A DNA stretch of 64,000 bases from Octopus vulgaris (taxonomy: Eukaryota), in assembly GCA_951406725.2 (NCBI GenBank), contig OX597830.1, positions 16,802,001 to 16,866,000 of the forward strand, given 5' to 3'. Below are positions 1 through 13,154 of this stretch, in pieces. The notes beneath the pieces were generated by a model that saw only the letters and a list, made by a program, of their open reading frames with translations, searched no databases and was not told where the DNA came from. The position numbers were made by a program, and so were the translations under genes. The number at the start of each line of letters is the position of its first letter. The stretch's first letter is position 1.

Positions 1-215
1 TGTATGTGGATGTGTATGTGTGTGTGCTTGTGTGTGTGTGTGTGTGTTTGTATACGCGCGCGCGTGTATGTATTTGTCTTTGATTGTCCGTAGCCGTCTT
101 AATAAATTCCAAAAACAATGGTAGAATCTATAGAATTAATAATGAATTTCAAAGAACTGATGAATTGTTTCAAATTTACATATTCTGTTCCTTTTCTTAC
201 CATTTATTTTTACGT

Positions 216-447
<232 letters not shown>

Positions 448-457
448 CAGAGAGAGA

Positions 458-649
<192 letters not shown>

Positions 650-1171
650 TATTCCTCTTTGTATTGTTATTGCTTACATGCAGGAATAATTTGCAGGTGC
701 AGGTGCATTTTGCAGACTCTGATGCTTTCGGTTGTCAGAATGCAAGTGTCTAATTCGTAATTACGCAATTACAGTCTGTTCTTCGAAAAACAAATAAAAT
801 AATTTTCAAAAAAAAAAACTTCAAGAACCTTGTCTGTGTTACGTAAGAACTACGACTCGCATATCTTGCTAGGAAAACATAAATACTCCCCCTCTCTCTC
901 TAACATATTAGTCTTTCTCTGTCTCTATCTGTCTCACTTTCTCTCTCTCTGTCTCTCTCTCTCTCTACTCCCTCCCTTTCGTTCTTATTACTTTTCTCTT
1001 CCCATTTCTTTTTCTTTCTCTTTATCACATACACGTAGCTAAAACGTTGTTGTCATCTGTTAATCTGGTGTGTTTATAATGAGATTTGCGTACGTACGTG
1101 TGTGTGTGTGCATGTGTGTGTGTGTGTGCGTGTGCGTGTGTGTGTGCGTGTGTGTGCATGTGTGTGTGTGT

Positions 1172-1202
<31 letters not shown>

Positions 1203-1275
1203 CATGTGTGTGTGTGTGTGTGTGTGCCTACGTGCGTGTATTGTATTACCTTCTGTTTGCACGCTTTAAAAATGC

Positions 1276-1329
<54 letters not shown>

Positions 1330-1376
1330 GGGTGCATGCATACATACTTGCATAAATACACGCACACACACACAGA

Positions 1377-1431
<55 letters not shown>

Positions 1432-1499
1432 CATACAGAGAGAGTGGAGAGAGAGAATGTTACACAAGCAAGTTGACAGATAATGGGGACAGACTGACA

Positions 1500-2258
<759 letters not shown>

Positions 2259-2708
2259 CTATGCAAATAACAGCAAGACAGGTGGAACGACTGTAAGACA
2301 ACCAAACAGATAGACACACAGACACACAGACATATAAACAGACACATATGCAGAAAGTGACGAAGATACAGTGTTACCCTATAAATAAATGTGTGGTAAA
2401 TAACGTTTTCCTTGATAGAAAGGTTTATAAACATTTAGTTGTATAACTGCGTGGCAAAGATGGCTGTTCGTGAAAATAAACCAAACCACGCAAAGCTTAT
2501 AATGTTTGTTAAGTTAGTATTTAAGTTGGTTTTTTTTTGTTGAGTGCATCAGCACGCGTATCAGGGTCTCTCTCTCTCTCTCTGTTCTGTCAGTGACTCA
2601 ATCATTGACTTTTGTAAGTGTGTCCGGCTGATTTGTTTGCTTGTTTGTTTGTTTGTTTGTGGGTCGTTAATTAACGGAACCTTTTTGCGTGTTTAGTTTA
2701 TATAAACC

Positions 2709-3038
2709 ACCACTACAACCAACACCACCACCACCACCACCACCACCACCACCTTTCTTCTCTCTATCATCGACTGTCGTGGCGGCGACAGCGGCAGTGG
2801 CTTTCGTGGTGGTGGTTTAGGTGGCGGTGGTGGTGGTGGTGGTGGTGGTAGTGGTGGTAGTGGTGGTGGTGGCGGCGGCGGTGGTGGCAGCGGTGTCGGT
2901 TGCGGTGGCAGCGGCAGTGGTGGTGGTGGTGGTGGTGGTGGCGGCGGCGGCGGCGAAGGTGGTGGTGCCGGTTGCGGCGGCAGTGGTGGTGGTGGTTGTG
3001 GTGGTGGTGGTGGTGGTGGTGGCGGCGGCGACGATGGT
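2709..3038. repeat. (CCA)n then (GGT/GGC)n trinucleotide tract
   Basis: Directly visible; explains the poly-V and poly-W ORFs. Confidence 0.9.
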
Positions 3039-3190
3039 GTTACAAACAGTCAGATAGACAGATAGACAGACAGCAAGGGGAGGAGTGTAAAGCAGATAGT
3101 GAAGGGTGGTGAGACGAAATTGCTCGACGAAACAAGAGGGGAAAGAAATTCAAAGTGGAAGAAAGAAAGAGAGAGAGAGAGAAGAAAGAG

Positions 3191-3235
<45 letters not shown>

Positions 3236-3886
3236 TGTAGAAAGTGACGCGTAGGAAGAGGGAGGGGGAATAGATGAAAGAGAAGCGAAGAGAAGTGAAA
3301 GATGTGTCGAGTTAATTTGGTAACTTGGTATTGCAGAACCTAGAGACATTATGTAATATAAAAAACAAGTCATCATTTCACGAAAACCTATAAGTATACA
3401 AAGACAGATGATCTTTACTTGATGCAAGCATTTGCATTTTTCTCTGCACAGCATTCTATGCATATCTTGTGTGCAACATCACATGCATAGCTTTACTGGT
3501 GCATGTAATTTGTTAAAAAGCATTCTTCATCATTTAGCTGTTTTGCAGTTGTAAATATTTGAAGATCTTTGGCCAGTTCCATTTACAAGTAACACGATCT
3601 AAAGCAGCAAGCGGTGAGTCTTTACCGTAGAATATACTATTGTTGTTAGCATGCGTTTTGTAAATGAATCGCTGTCGTCATTCGAACGGTACAGATGTCT
3701 TTCAGATTCTCTTTAGCGGTAATGGAAGTATTTCTCCAAGCATATTCAGAACTGGTTCATAAACTGTTCTTCCATTTATGAAGAGTTTGCTATAGAACAG
3801 AAAGCAAGCATTGACAAACCCCGACATGGCTTCAGTTCGTGTTTAAAACTATTTTACTTCATTTTTACTGCTAATAAACATGATCT

Positions 3887-4302
3887 GGATATTTTCGGTT
3901 TGACCGGCAGTTTTTTAAAATAATTTCCAGGTAACTAAACACTTTTAAACTTTGTATACTGGTAGAATGTGTTTATAAAACATCCTTTTCTCTTGGCTTT
4001 ATTGAGAAAATTCTATAGTTTGTAAGATATTTGTTGTTTTTTTCTTCAATTTCTGCAATTTCAACCAATCACTGACGTCTATTGAGGTGAAAACATTCTA
4101 TGCCGTATGAATACGTCCCTCGTTTAAGAAACAGATTGGGTTTATTTACATTTGTGAAGAAAAAAAGATACCCTTCCTCCCACCCCTAACCCTAACCCTA
4201 AAACAGATTGAAATGCAATGGATCAATACTAGGGTCATAATTATGGGTGACAATTTCATATGACACCGCTAGAAAAAACTGCCGGTCAAACCGAAAAGAT
4301 CC
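3887..4302 (+). mobile_element. Non-autonomous TIR DNA transposon (Merlin-like MITE) with internal CCCTAA repeats, copy 1
   Basis: About 30-bp TIRs GGAT(A/C)TTTTCGGTTTGACCGGCAGTTTTTT / AAAAAACTGCCGGTCAAACCGAAAAGATCC; colinear with the copies at 31120, 40566 and 43499; flanks catgatct/caggatag are a decayed 8-mer at best. Confidence 0.85.
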
Positions 4303-4880
4303 CAGGATAGTCACAGCTGGGAACAATGTGTGATTAGTGAAAGAGAAACTATATATTTTTTCCTCATTTCTTGGGGCAAACGAAGAGCAAAATGTAAGTT
4401 CATCATGAATGGAAACCTTGGTTTGAAATCTGGATTCATGCTGCTTACAAACGTTGAGAAATGTAACACAAGCGTAAAAATACCGTTTCTTCCTTCCCCA
4501 AAATATACGTTGTTTTGATTTTGATTTTAAAAAAAAGATATTTTATTTGTACGTTTATAGAGACATGAAGGAAAAAGGCAGTTTATGTTTCTATAAACTA
4601 AATTGATAACAGCTTTGCTGTCCTGTGGGAATACATTGCTATATGACAGACTAGAGAATGAAACTGTAAATATTTTACAAAGCTATGTAAAGAGACAAGT
4701 AACGATTAATGCCTGGCTATTTCACAAAACTTAACTAGGAGAACGGGAGTAAAATTGCGAAAAATTGCTAATGATTCAACGTGAAACCTATGGTACCGCA
4801 TTAACACCAATCACTCATACATACATACATACATACATACATACATACATACATACATACATACATACATACATACATAC

Positions 4881-5435
4881 GTGGTGGCTGCCCCCTCGTT
4901 ATCGAGTATGGCCATTGCGCGAAACTTGATCAATGTTGTTATCGTGCAATGCCTGTGCAAGAAGATTTTTTTAAGGGAGGAAAGGCTGTGTGCTGAGTCA
5001 ATCCCACTCACTAAGCAACAGCAGCCATAATCCGAAAAGAAGAACAGGTCAACATCATCGATAATCACTGAGCCGTAGGTTTTATGTCAGAGATATCCCA
5101 GTTACCGGAGTTACCTTCTGCTAGAAGGATGCCCTAACAAAGGCTAGGAGTCCTTCACCCCTCAATGGTTTAACCGCGCGATCGGGTATTGAGTTCGATT
5201 ATTTCTATGTCCCCGCGCATGATCCAGCCTTAAGACATTTATTGGATGGCCGTTGACTCTCAAGAGTTCCTCCGCCCTTTGACGAGTTTTATTTTTCATC
5301 CCGCGGGGTGTCCAATAAACACCCTCCTCACCAAGCAAGCTTGGTGGGGTTGCCGGTTTAGTCGCCGACGACCCGACAATGCAACAGGTTGTACTGGGTT
5401 ACATGTTACCAGTAACACTCGAAAGTGACCTGACA
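4881..5435 (-). mobile_element. Short retroposon, probably an RTE-derived non-autonomous element, embedded in (CATA)n
   Basis: Unique ~555-bp GC-richer insert with (CATA)n on both sides; minus-strand ends resemble RTE 5'UTR (ggtgaggagggtgttt) and RTE 3' tail (ctcgataacgagggggcagcc). Family call is from recall. Confidence 0.5.
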
Positions 5436-5573
5436 CATACATACATACATACATACATACATACATACATACATACATACGTGTATGTATGTATGTGTGT
5501 GTATGTGCGTGCGTGTGTGTGCCTGTGTGTGTGTGTAAATGCGTATGTGCGCATGCGCGTAGTATGTACGTGT

Positions 5574-5780
5574 TTCTTTTACCTTTTCTTTTACTTGTTT
5601 CAGTCATTGAATTGCGACCAAGCTGGAGCATCGCCTTTAAGGGTTTAATCAAACAAGTCGGCCCCAGTTCTTATTTTTTTTAAAGTCTGGTACCTTATTC
5701 TGTCAGGTACGGGGGCGTAAACAAACACCGGTTGTCAAGCAATGGCCGGTGGGGGATACACACTCACACGCGCGCGCACG

Positions 5781-5847
<67 letters not shown>

Positions 5848-5995
5848 CAGGTTTCCGCAGTTTCCGTATACCGAATTTAGTCACAAGGCATAAGACATTT
5901 CCCCAATAGCACATTACCCCTGGGCTACGGCATAACAGATTTCCCCAAGGTGTCATGCAGTGGGACTGATTCCGAAACCATATGGTTGCCAAGTG
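5574..5995 (-). mobile_element. SINE family A, diverged copy
   Basis: Tail ttttacttgtttcagtcatt...ctggagcatcgcc, internal (CA)n and ...cagtgggactga match the family A copies. Confidence 0.75.
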
Positions 5996-5996
5996 A

Positions 5997-6200
5997 GGAT
6001 CCCAGACCGGTTGTTGTGAGTCTTTATTGAACGAAAACACCTAAAGCTCCACGAGGATCCGGCAGGTGTGGGGTGGCAAACCCTGTTGTACTCTTTCACC
6101 ACAACATTCTCTCACTCTTTCTTCCTGTTTCCGTTGTACCTGTATTTCAAAGGGCCCCAGCCTTGTGACACTCTGTTTCAGGCTGTAACTGACGGAGTAC
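5997..6200 (+). mobile_element. SINE family B, 5'-truncated and internally deleted
   Basis: cccagaccgg..gaaaacacctaaagctccacgagg..ctctttcaccacaac..gacggagt, as in 14210-14590. Confidence 0.75.
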
Positions 6201-6231
6201 CGTGTTAATAGATAATAATATCATATCCATA

Positions 6232-6560
6232 AAGGCGGCAGACTGGCAGAACCGTTAGCATGCCGGGCAAAATACGTAGCCGTATTTCGTCTGCCGTTAC
6301 GTTCTGAGTTCAAATTCCGCCGAGGTCGACTTTGCCTTTCATCCTATAGGGGTCGATAAAATTAAGTACCAGTTATGCACTGGGGTCCATATAATCGACT
6401 TAATCCGTTTGTCTGTCCTTGTTTGTCCTCTCTGTATTTAGCCCCTTGTGGGTAGTAAAGAAATAGGTATTTCGTCGGTCTTTTCGTTCTAGGCTCAAAT
6501 TCCGCTGTCTGTCCTTGTTTGTCCCCTCTATGCTTAGCCCCTTGTGGGTAATAAAGAAAC
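6232..6560 (+). mobile_element. SINE family C
   Basis: Head aaggcggcagactggcagaaccgttagc, B-box-like gagttcaaattcc, body gcctttcatcctataggggtcgataaaattaagtaccag, partly duplicated tail. Confidence 0.85.
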
Positions 6561-6833
6561 ATATAATAATATCATATCCACAATGTTAAATCACGATCTC
6601 TTTGATATCTGAAGCAACCAAAATGAAGATATCTCAATATCTAAATGTAAATATTCTGGCTACAGGCTTAAATGTCAAATCATTGATATTGATCGTTGTT
6701 TGAACCAACAAGTTTTGGTAACTAGAGAAATGACTCAGGCACAAATAATCACATATATAAACCTCACGTTGAAATAATTTATACCGTCTGAATAGAGATG
6801 GTGCTATATGAGTTGTCGCATTACAGCTTGTAT

Positions 6834-7212
6834 CAGGAGTGGTTGTGTGGTAAGTAGCTTGCTTACCAACCACATGGTTCCGGGTTCAGTCCTACTGCGT
6901 GGCACCTTGGGCAAGTGTCTTCTACTATTGCATCGGGTTGACCAAAGCCTTGTGAGTGGATTTGGTAGACGGAAACTGAAAGAAGCCTGTCGCATATATG
7001 TATATGTGTGTGTGTGTGTTTGTATTTGTGTGTTTGTGTGTGTGTTTTGTCCTCCCAACATCGCTTGACAACCGATGCTGCTGTGTTTACGTCCCCATAA
7101 CCTAGCGGTTCGGCAAAAGACACCGATAGAATAAGTACTAGGCTTACAAAACAAGTCCTGGGGTCGATTTGCTCGACTGAAGGTGGTGCTCCAGCATGGG
7201 CGCAGTCAAATG
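6834..7212 (+). mobile_element. SINE family A (tRNA-derived head, CORE-like ccttgggcaagt, internal microsatellite)
   Basis: caggagtggttgtgtggtaagtagcttgcttaccaaccacatggttccgggttcag...; more than 12 homologous copies in the window. Confidence 0.85.
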
Positions 7213-7500
7213 CTGTGTGTTGTGTTCTTGAGGAATACACTTTATTTCACGTTGCTCCAGTTCACTCAGCTGTAGAAATGAGTTGCGACGTCACAGGTGC
7301 CAAGCTGTATCGACCTTTGCCTTTCCCTTGGATAACATCAGTGCCGTAGAGAGGAGAAGCTAGTATGCATGGGCGACTGCTGGTCTCCCATAAAAACAAC
7401 CCAGACTGTGCATTCGCCTGTGAGGCGACTTTCCGCCCAAACTTGTACACCAGAGGGGAACATCTTTGGTGCACCCATGGTCATTCGTGACCGACGGAGT
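7213..7500 (+). mobile_element. SINE family D, 5'-truncated, abutting the family A tail
   Basis: Aligns with 18598-18850 (gtgttgtgttcttg..cactttatttc..agctgtagaaatgagttgcgac). Confidence 0.8.
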
Positions 7501-7529
7501 CGAGAGTTTTTTTACTACAATTACTTATG

Positions 7530-8570
7530 TCTTTACTGCCCACAAGGGGCTACACAGAGAGGACAAACGGATTAAGTCGATTACATCAACCCCAGTGCGT
7601 AACTGGTACTTATTTAATCGACCCCGAAAAGATGAAAGGCAAAGTCGACCTCGGCAGAATTTGAACTCAGAACGTAGCGGCAGACGAAATACCTATTTCT
7701 TTACTACCCAGAAGGAGCTAAACACAGAGTGGACAAACAAGGACAGACAAAAGCGGATTAAGTCGATTACATCGACCCCAGTGCGTAACTGGTACTTAAT
7801 TTATCGACCACGAAAAGATGAAAGGCAAAGTCGACCTCGGCAGAATTTGAACTAAGAACGTAGCAGCAGGCGAAATACCTATTTCTTTACTACCCACAAG
7901 GGGCTAAACACAGAGAGAACAAACAAGGACAGACAAAAACGGATTAAGTCGATTATATCGACCCCAGTGCGTAACTGGTACTTATTTAATCGACCCCGAA
8001 AGGATGAAAGGCAAAGTCGACCACAGTGGAATTTGAACTCAGAACGCAGCGGCGGACGAAATACGGCTAAGCATTTCGCCCGACGTGCTAACGTTTCTGC
8101 CAGCTCGCCGCCTTCCTACTACTACTACTACTACTACTACTTATTTCAAATGTTGGTACAAGGCCAGTAGTTTTGATGGGAATGAGTTCAACTCGATTAC
8201 ATTGATCCCCGTACATGACTGGTACTGTATTTTATCGAAGGATGAAAGGCGTTGTCGATCTCAACGGAGTTTGAACTCAGAACGTAAAGAACCGGAAGAA
8301 ATACCATTTTGCATTGTGTACGATGCGTTAAACCTTTTGCAAACTAGCCGTCATACTATTTATAATAATCCTTACTGTAATAGGCCAGCAATTTCGGAGG
8401 AGGGCGTAAGTCGATTACATCGACACCAGTGCTCAACTGGTACTTATTTTATCGACCAGGAAATGATAAAAGCCAAAGTCGACCCGGCGGGATTTGAACT
8501 CAGAACGTAGAACCGGAAAAAATGCCGCTAAACATTTTTTTACGCTGCGCTATTTTGCAAGCTCGTCGCC
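7530..8570 (-). mobile_element. SINE family C concatemer: one head at 8114 with three tandem bodies, plus two diverged monomers at 8140-8570
   Basis: Bodies restart at 7530, 7698 and 7884 with tctttact(a/g)ccca. Confidence 0.85.
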
Positions 8571-9259
8571 TTATTTATGATAATAATGAGACCACTAGCG
8601 CTCCTGCTGCTATTGCTAATACCACCGACAACCACTACTACCACTACTATAACTGTTGTTGCTTCTGCTGCTGCTACTACTACTACTACTACTACTACGT
8701 TTCAATATTTTTTAAAGTAAGGCTGTCAAGAGCTGTTTCATTTTCCAAGAATAATTTAGGATGAAGATTTGTGTGAGCCGATTAGTTGCAATGGATTATA
8801 TTGGTTGTAGAGAATGGCAACGACCGAGCGGAGAATAGCTTTAACGAAGTTCCTAAATTGATGAGATATCTGGCTGGTTGACGACGGTTGTAAAGAACCG
8901 AAGTCTTTGACAGAAAACAAGAGAAGGATAACGAATAATGGATTTTTGAAGAGAAGTAGAGAGCATAACTGTCGAACATATATATATATAAGCGGGGGTG
9001 TGATACAACCACTCATATACATACACACACATACATACATACATACATACATACATACATACATACATACATACATACATACATACATAATACATACATA
9101 ATACATACAAACATACATACATACATACATACATACATACATACATACATACATACATACATACATAATACATACATAATACATACATAATACATACAAA
9201 CATACAAACATACATACATACATACATACATACAAACATACATACATACATACATACAT

Positions 9260-9654
9260 ACTCTTTTACTCTTTTACTTGTTTCAGTCATTTGACTGCGG
9301 CCATGCTGGAGCACCGCCTTTAATCGAGCAACTCGACCCCGGAACTTATTCTTTTTGTAAGCCTAGTACTTATTTTATCGGTCTCTTTTGCCGAACCGCT
9401 AAGTTACGGGGACGTAAACACACCAGCATCGGTTGTCAAGAAATGCTAGGGGGACAAACACAGACACACAGACACACACATATATATACATATATACGAC
9501 AAGCTTCTTTCAGTTTCCGTCTACCAAATCCACTCACAAGCCATTGGTCGGCCCGGGGCTATAGCAGAAGACACTTGCCCAAGATGCCACGCAGTGGGAC
9601 TGAACCCGGAACCATGTGGTTGGTTAGCAAGCTACTTACCACACAGCCACTCCT
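9260..9654 (-). mobile_element. SINE family A, near full length, within (CATA)n
   Basis: Reverse complement of the family A consensus seen at 20989. Confidence 0.9.
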
Positions 9655-9677
9655 ACATACATACATACATACATACA

Positions 9678-9709
<32 letters not shown>

Positions 9710-9810
9710 ATTATTTCAAAACAACAGTGAAAGAAAGCTAAACTTCCTTGTCAAGTTTTAACATACTTCTGCTTGGCGGCAAATTCAAACATGCATATAT
9801 AAAATGGAGA

Positions 9811-10079
9811 GAGATATAGAAACGACAATTTCCTTGCATGTTGAAAAATAGATGTTTTAATGAAACATCTATAATTCAAGTTGATACTAAAACGCTGTCA
9901 GCGGGCGAGGCGATCAGAATAATTTTTTTAAAATTTACTGTGAGTTAATAGTGTAAATTTTAAAATATTATTCTGTTCGTCTCGCCCGCTGACAGCTTTT
10001 TTTCGCACCAAGGTGAATTATAAATGTTTCATTAAAGCATCTATTTTTCAACATGCAAGGAAATAGTCGTTTCTATCTC
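9811..10079. mobile_element. Foldback (palindromic) MITE, about 270 bp
   Basis: Arms atagaaacgacaatttccttgcatgttgaaaaatagatg...gctgtcagcgggcgag and ctcgcccgctgacagc...catctatttttcaacatgcaaggaaatagtcgtttctat are reverse complements centred near 9945. Confidence 0.75.
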
Positions 10080-10085
10080 CCTGTC

Positions 10086-10182
<97 letters not shown>

Positions 10183-10849
10183 ACACGTATGTATATGAGT
10201 ATGAGAAAGCCTTCCGTACAGTTTACGCCTACCAAATTTCACTCAGGTTGTTAGTTAACTCGAGGCTTTGGTAAGAAAGCGTTTGCCCAATGTGTTGCTC
10301 CGTAGGATAGAAAACCTTGAACTACGGCTTTGTGGAGTTAATTTCTTTAAGCGCACAGTCATTCCAGTTCCTCGTGCATGGAAAGCAACAAGTAGTCTTA
10401 GAACGAACGACTGAGACACCTAATGTAAGTTTCGTCACATTAGTGACCAGAGAGTTAGAACGGTTCACCATAAGACAAAAAAAAATGTTACAAGTAGAAA
10501 CTTCCTGTCACAGGCAATTATCTTAAATTGGTTTCTTGAAGACGGCCTTCTTAGAAGTTCTTTGACCGACGTGCAATATACTTTTGCAGAAGTTCTAATT
10601 CTCCTTATTTGGAATTACCAAAGAGCTGAAGTTTAACCCATTCTCTTTGTCATCAATAGCAGAGTCTTCAGGAAAACTCTCCGCAATCGTTTCAGCTGCT
10701 TGAACTAGCTGTCAAATCTCCTCAAATCACACATTATCATCTTTAAAAAGGGATATAGGATAATGTGGTCTTAGAGGAACAGGATGGAATTGTCAAGTCC
10801 GAAAGCCATTTGAAAATAGGTCTACAATAAATGTATAAATAAACTCAAC

Positions 10850-11450
10850 AAACGAATCGTATTGGCCAGCTTCTTTTCAAATATTTATGATATTCATAGT
10901 AACAAGTGATAATTCTTGAAGAATACTTTTAAAATTACTCTTCTGAAATACCTTTCCAGAAATTCTGCTTCCTAAATCCATTCATTCTTTGAATCCCATC
11001 TCTGAATTGAAGTTCTTGGCCCTTTCCTGACATCTTAATCAATTACCCCATAGGGTCCTCAACTATCTTTGTTGCAGGTACTTCAAATAGCAAGTGTTTC
11101 AAGGTGGAAAATGCACTTAATTCATCGTAATACTCAATGTTTTATGCTGACCAGGCAATATCATCGTATATTTCCAACCTTAATTCCTGTAAAACTACTC
11201 CAAAGATTCAGACTTCTGAAAACTTCGGGATTTCATAAATAAATCTCCGACTAAACCGGGGAATTCCATTCTCATTCTATGCAGATACACATAACTGCTT
11301 AGAGACAACTAATATGAGGTTCTGATCGATTTTAGTTGGGTATTCCATTTAGCTGCTTCTAAAGCCTAATTCTCTAAACCCTTCACTATATAAAAAAAAA
11401 CTAATAATAATCCCCACAATATCATTCGCCAACTACTATTTGCAAACATA
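10850..11450 (-). pseudogene. Highly decayed LINE apurinic-endonuclease (RTE-like) relic
   Basis: Minus-strand translation fragments resemble APE motifs (GD.., GLGSR.SGK, N...KR) but with many stops and frameshifts. Confidence 0.3.
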
Positions 11451-11582
11451 ACTAGTTTCCATAACAGCTTCTAGAACTTCCTGTTTCAGATATTTACAAG
11501 AAGACACGGAACAGAACAGAGGAGAGCTTTCCTTCGTCATTCCTCTAGTTTGATGTCATATTTACCGCCAGCAGTTATGTCC

Positions 11583-12080
11583 TAATTTCAACCAATCAAT
11601 GACGTATATTCAACTGAATAAAATTACTGCTGTTGTTTGTCAACAACAACTATCGGCGGTGTATATTTCGTTTGCCACTGTTATTTATGACATCGTTCGT
11701 GCATTTGTACTGGTTTTAAGGTTTTAGTGTTAGGGTTAGGGTTTTAGAGTTAGGGTTAGGGTTTTAGGGTTAAGGTTAGGGTTAGGGTTAGGGTTAGGGT
11801 TCTCATAAATAACAGTGACAAACGAAATATACATCGCCGGAAGTTCTTGTTGACAAACAACAGCAGTAATTTTATTCAGCTGAATAGACGTCATTGATTG
11901 GTTGAAATTACCGAAATACAAGAGCTTTAACGTGAAATAACTTCGTAAATATAAGTTTTTCTCAAAAATGCTAAGAGTAATAGATGTTTTATATGACACA
12001 TTCTACCAGTGTCCGAAGTTTGAAAGTGTTTGACTACAAAAAATTATTTTTTAAATCTGTAGGTCAAAAGGTAAAAATCC
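11583..12080. mobile_element. Long-TIR relative of the Merlin-like MITE: 108-bp inverted arms around a TTAGGG/TTTTAGGG array, left end deleted
   Basis: Arms 11583-11690 and 11803-11910 are reverse complements; telomeric array about 11712-11801; 11980-12080 is homologous to the MITE terminus (cacattctaccagt...ggtcaaa..aaaaatcc). Confidence 0.75.
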
Positions 12081-12775
12081 AAAGGCAGTGGACCGTAGTC
12101 TAGTGACTGAGACAAGTAAAAGCTAAAAGAATTAAATACAACTATTAAAAGTTTTAAGGCTATTCTCCGTGCCAAGGCTAAATTTAGACTTACAGATCCC
12201 ACGACAGTTTCAATCGTACTCATCATAGACCCTTGTTTAAGGCATTGCTTAATAGACCCTTGTTTAAGGCAATGTTTTACAGTCGGACGCCCTTCCTGAT
12301 GCTAACCCTCTGAGTCATCTTTCACCACGTTCGAAGAGACGATGTATGATAGCTATTTTAAAATCGGAGTTATTATTAGCAGTTAAATTTGTAACTAAAA
12401 GTTGTTTCCATTATTACTGTTTATTTTGTCTTCCAGTACTTTTGAATGGTTCTAATTTCCTTATTAACCGTTAGAAAGAATTGTCTCCAGTCATCCTAGT
12501 TTGTCTTTCCACCATAACCAGTCGGTTTCCGTCATTACATCTTAATTGTTCCATCGTTGTTCTTTGGCGCCAGCTGATTTCCTGATAGCAAATATCAGTT
12601 TGACATAAATCATCTGAAAGAGAATATTTGTTTGCTTTTTTTTTTTTCTCTTATTGTTCTTTCCTTATTATTTTTACGTTTTTTTGTTTTTTTTTCTCGT
12701 TACACAGGCAAATATTTTGCACCGTATTTTAAACATAATTATGTACTGAAGGGGTTCGTATGTTTACGTATTTGT

Positions 12776-13154
12776 ATGGAAGCACTCCGTCGGTTACGAC
12801 GACGAGGGTTCCGGTTGATCCGAATCAACGGAACAGCCTGCTCGTGAAATTAACGTGTAAGTGGCTGAGCACTCCACAGACACGTCGTGTACCCTTAACG
12901 TAGTTCTCGGGGATATTCAGCGTGACACAGAGAGTGACAAGGCCGGCCCTTTGAAATACAGGTACAACAGAAACAGGAAGTAAGAGTGAGAGAAAGTTGT
13001 GGTGAAAGAGTACAGCAGGGATCACCACCATCCCCTGCCGGAGCCTCGTGGAGCTTTAGGTGTTTTCGCTCAATAAACACTCACAACGCCCGGTCGAAAC
13101 CGCGATCCTATGACCGCGAGTTTGCTGCCCTAACCACTGGGCCATTGCGCCTCC
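12776..13154 (-). mobile_element. SINE family B, full length
   Basis: Reverse complement of 14210-14590 at high identity. Confidence 0.9.

Noticed and set aside
3380-3800. Possible decayed hAT-like transposase on the minus strand
   Set aside because: Only a faint, frameshifted resemblance to a C..H.LH motif; not supportable without a search.
9278-9730. Recurrent ORFs such as SFSFRLPNPLT and MSGFGRRKLKEA
   Set aside because: Translations of SINE family A, not a protein family.
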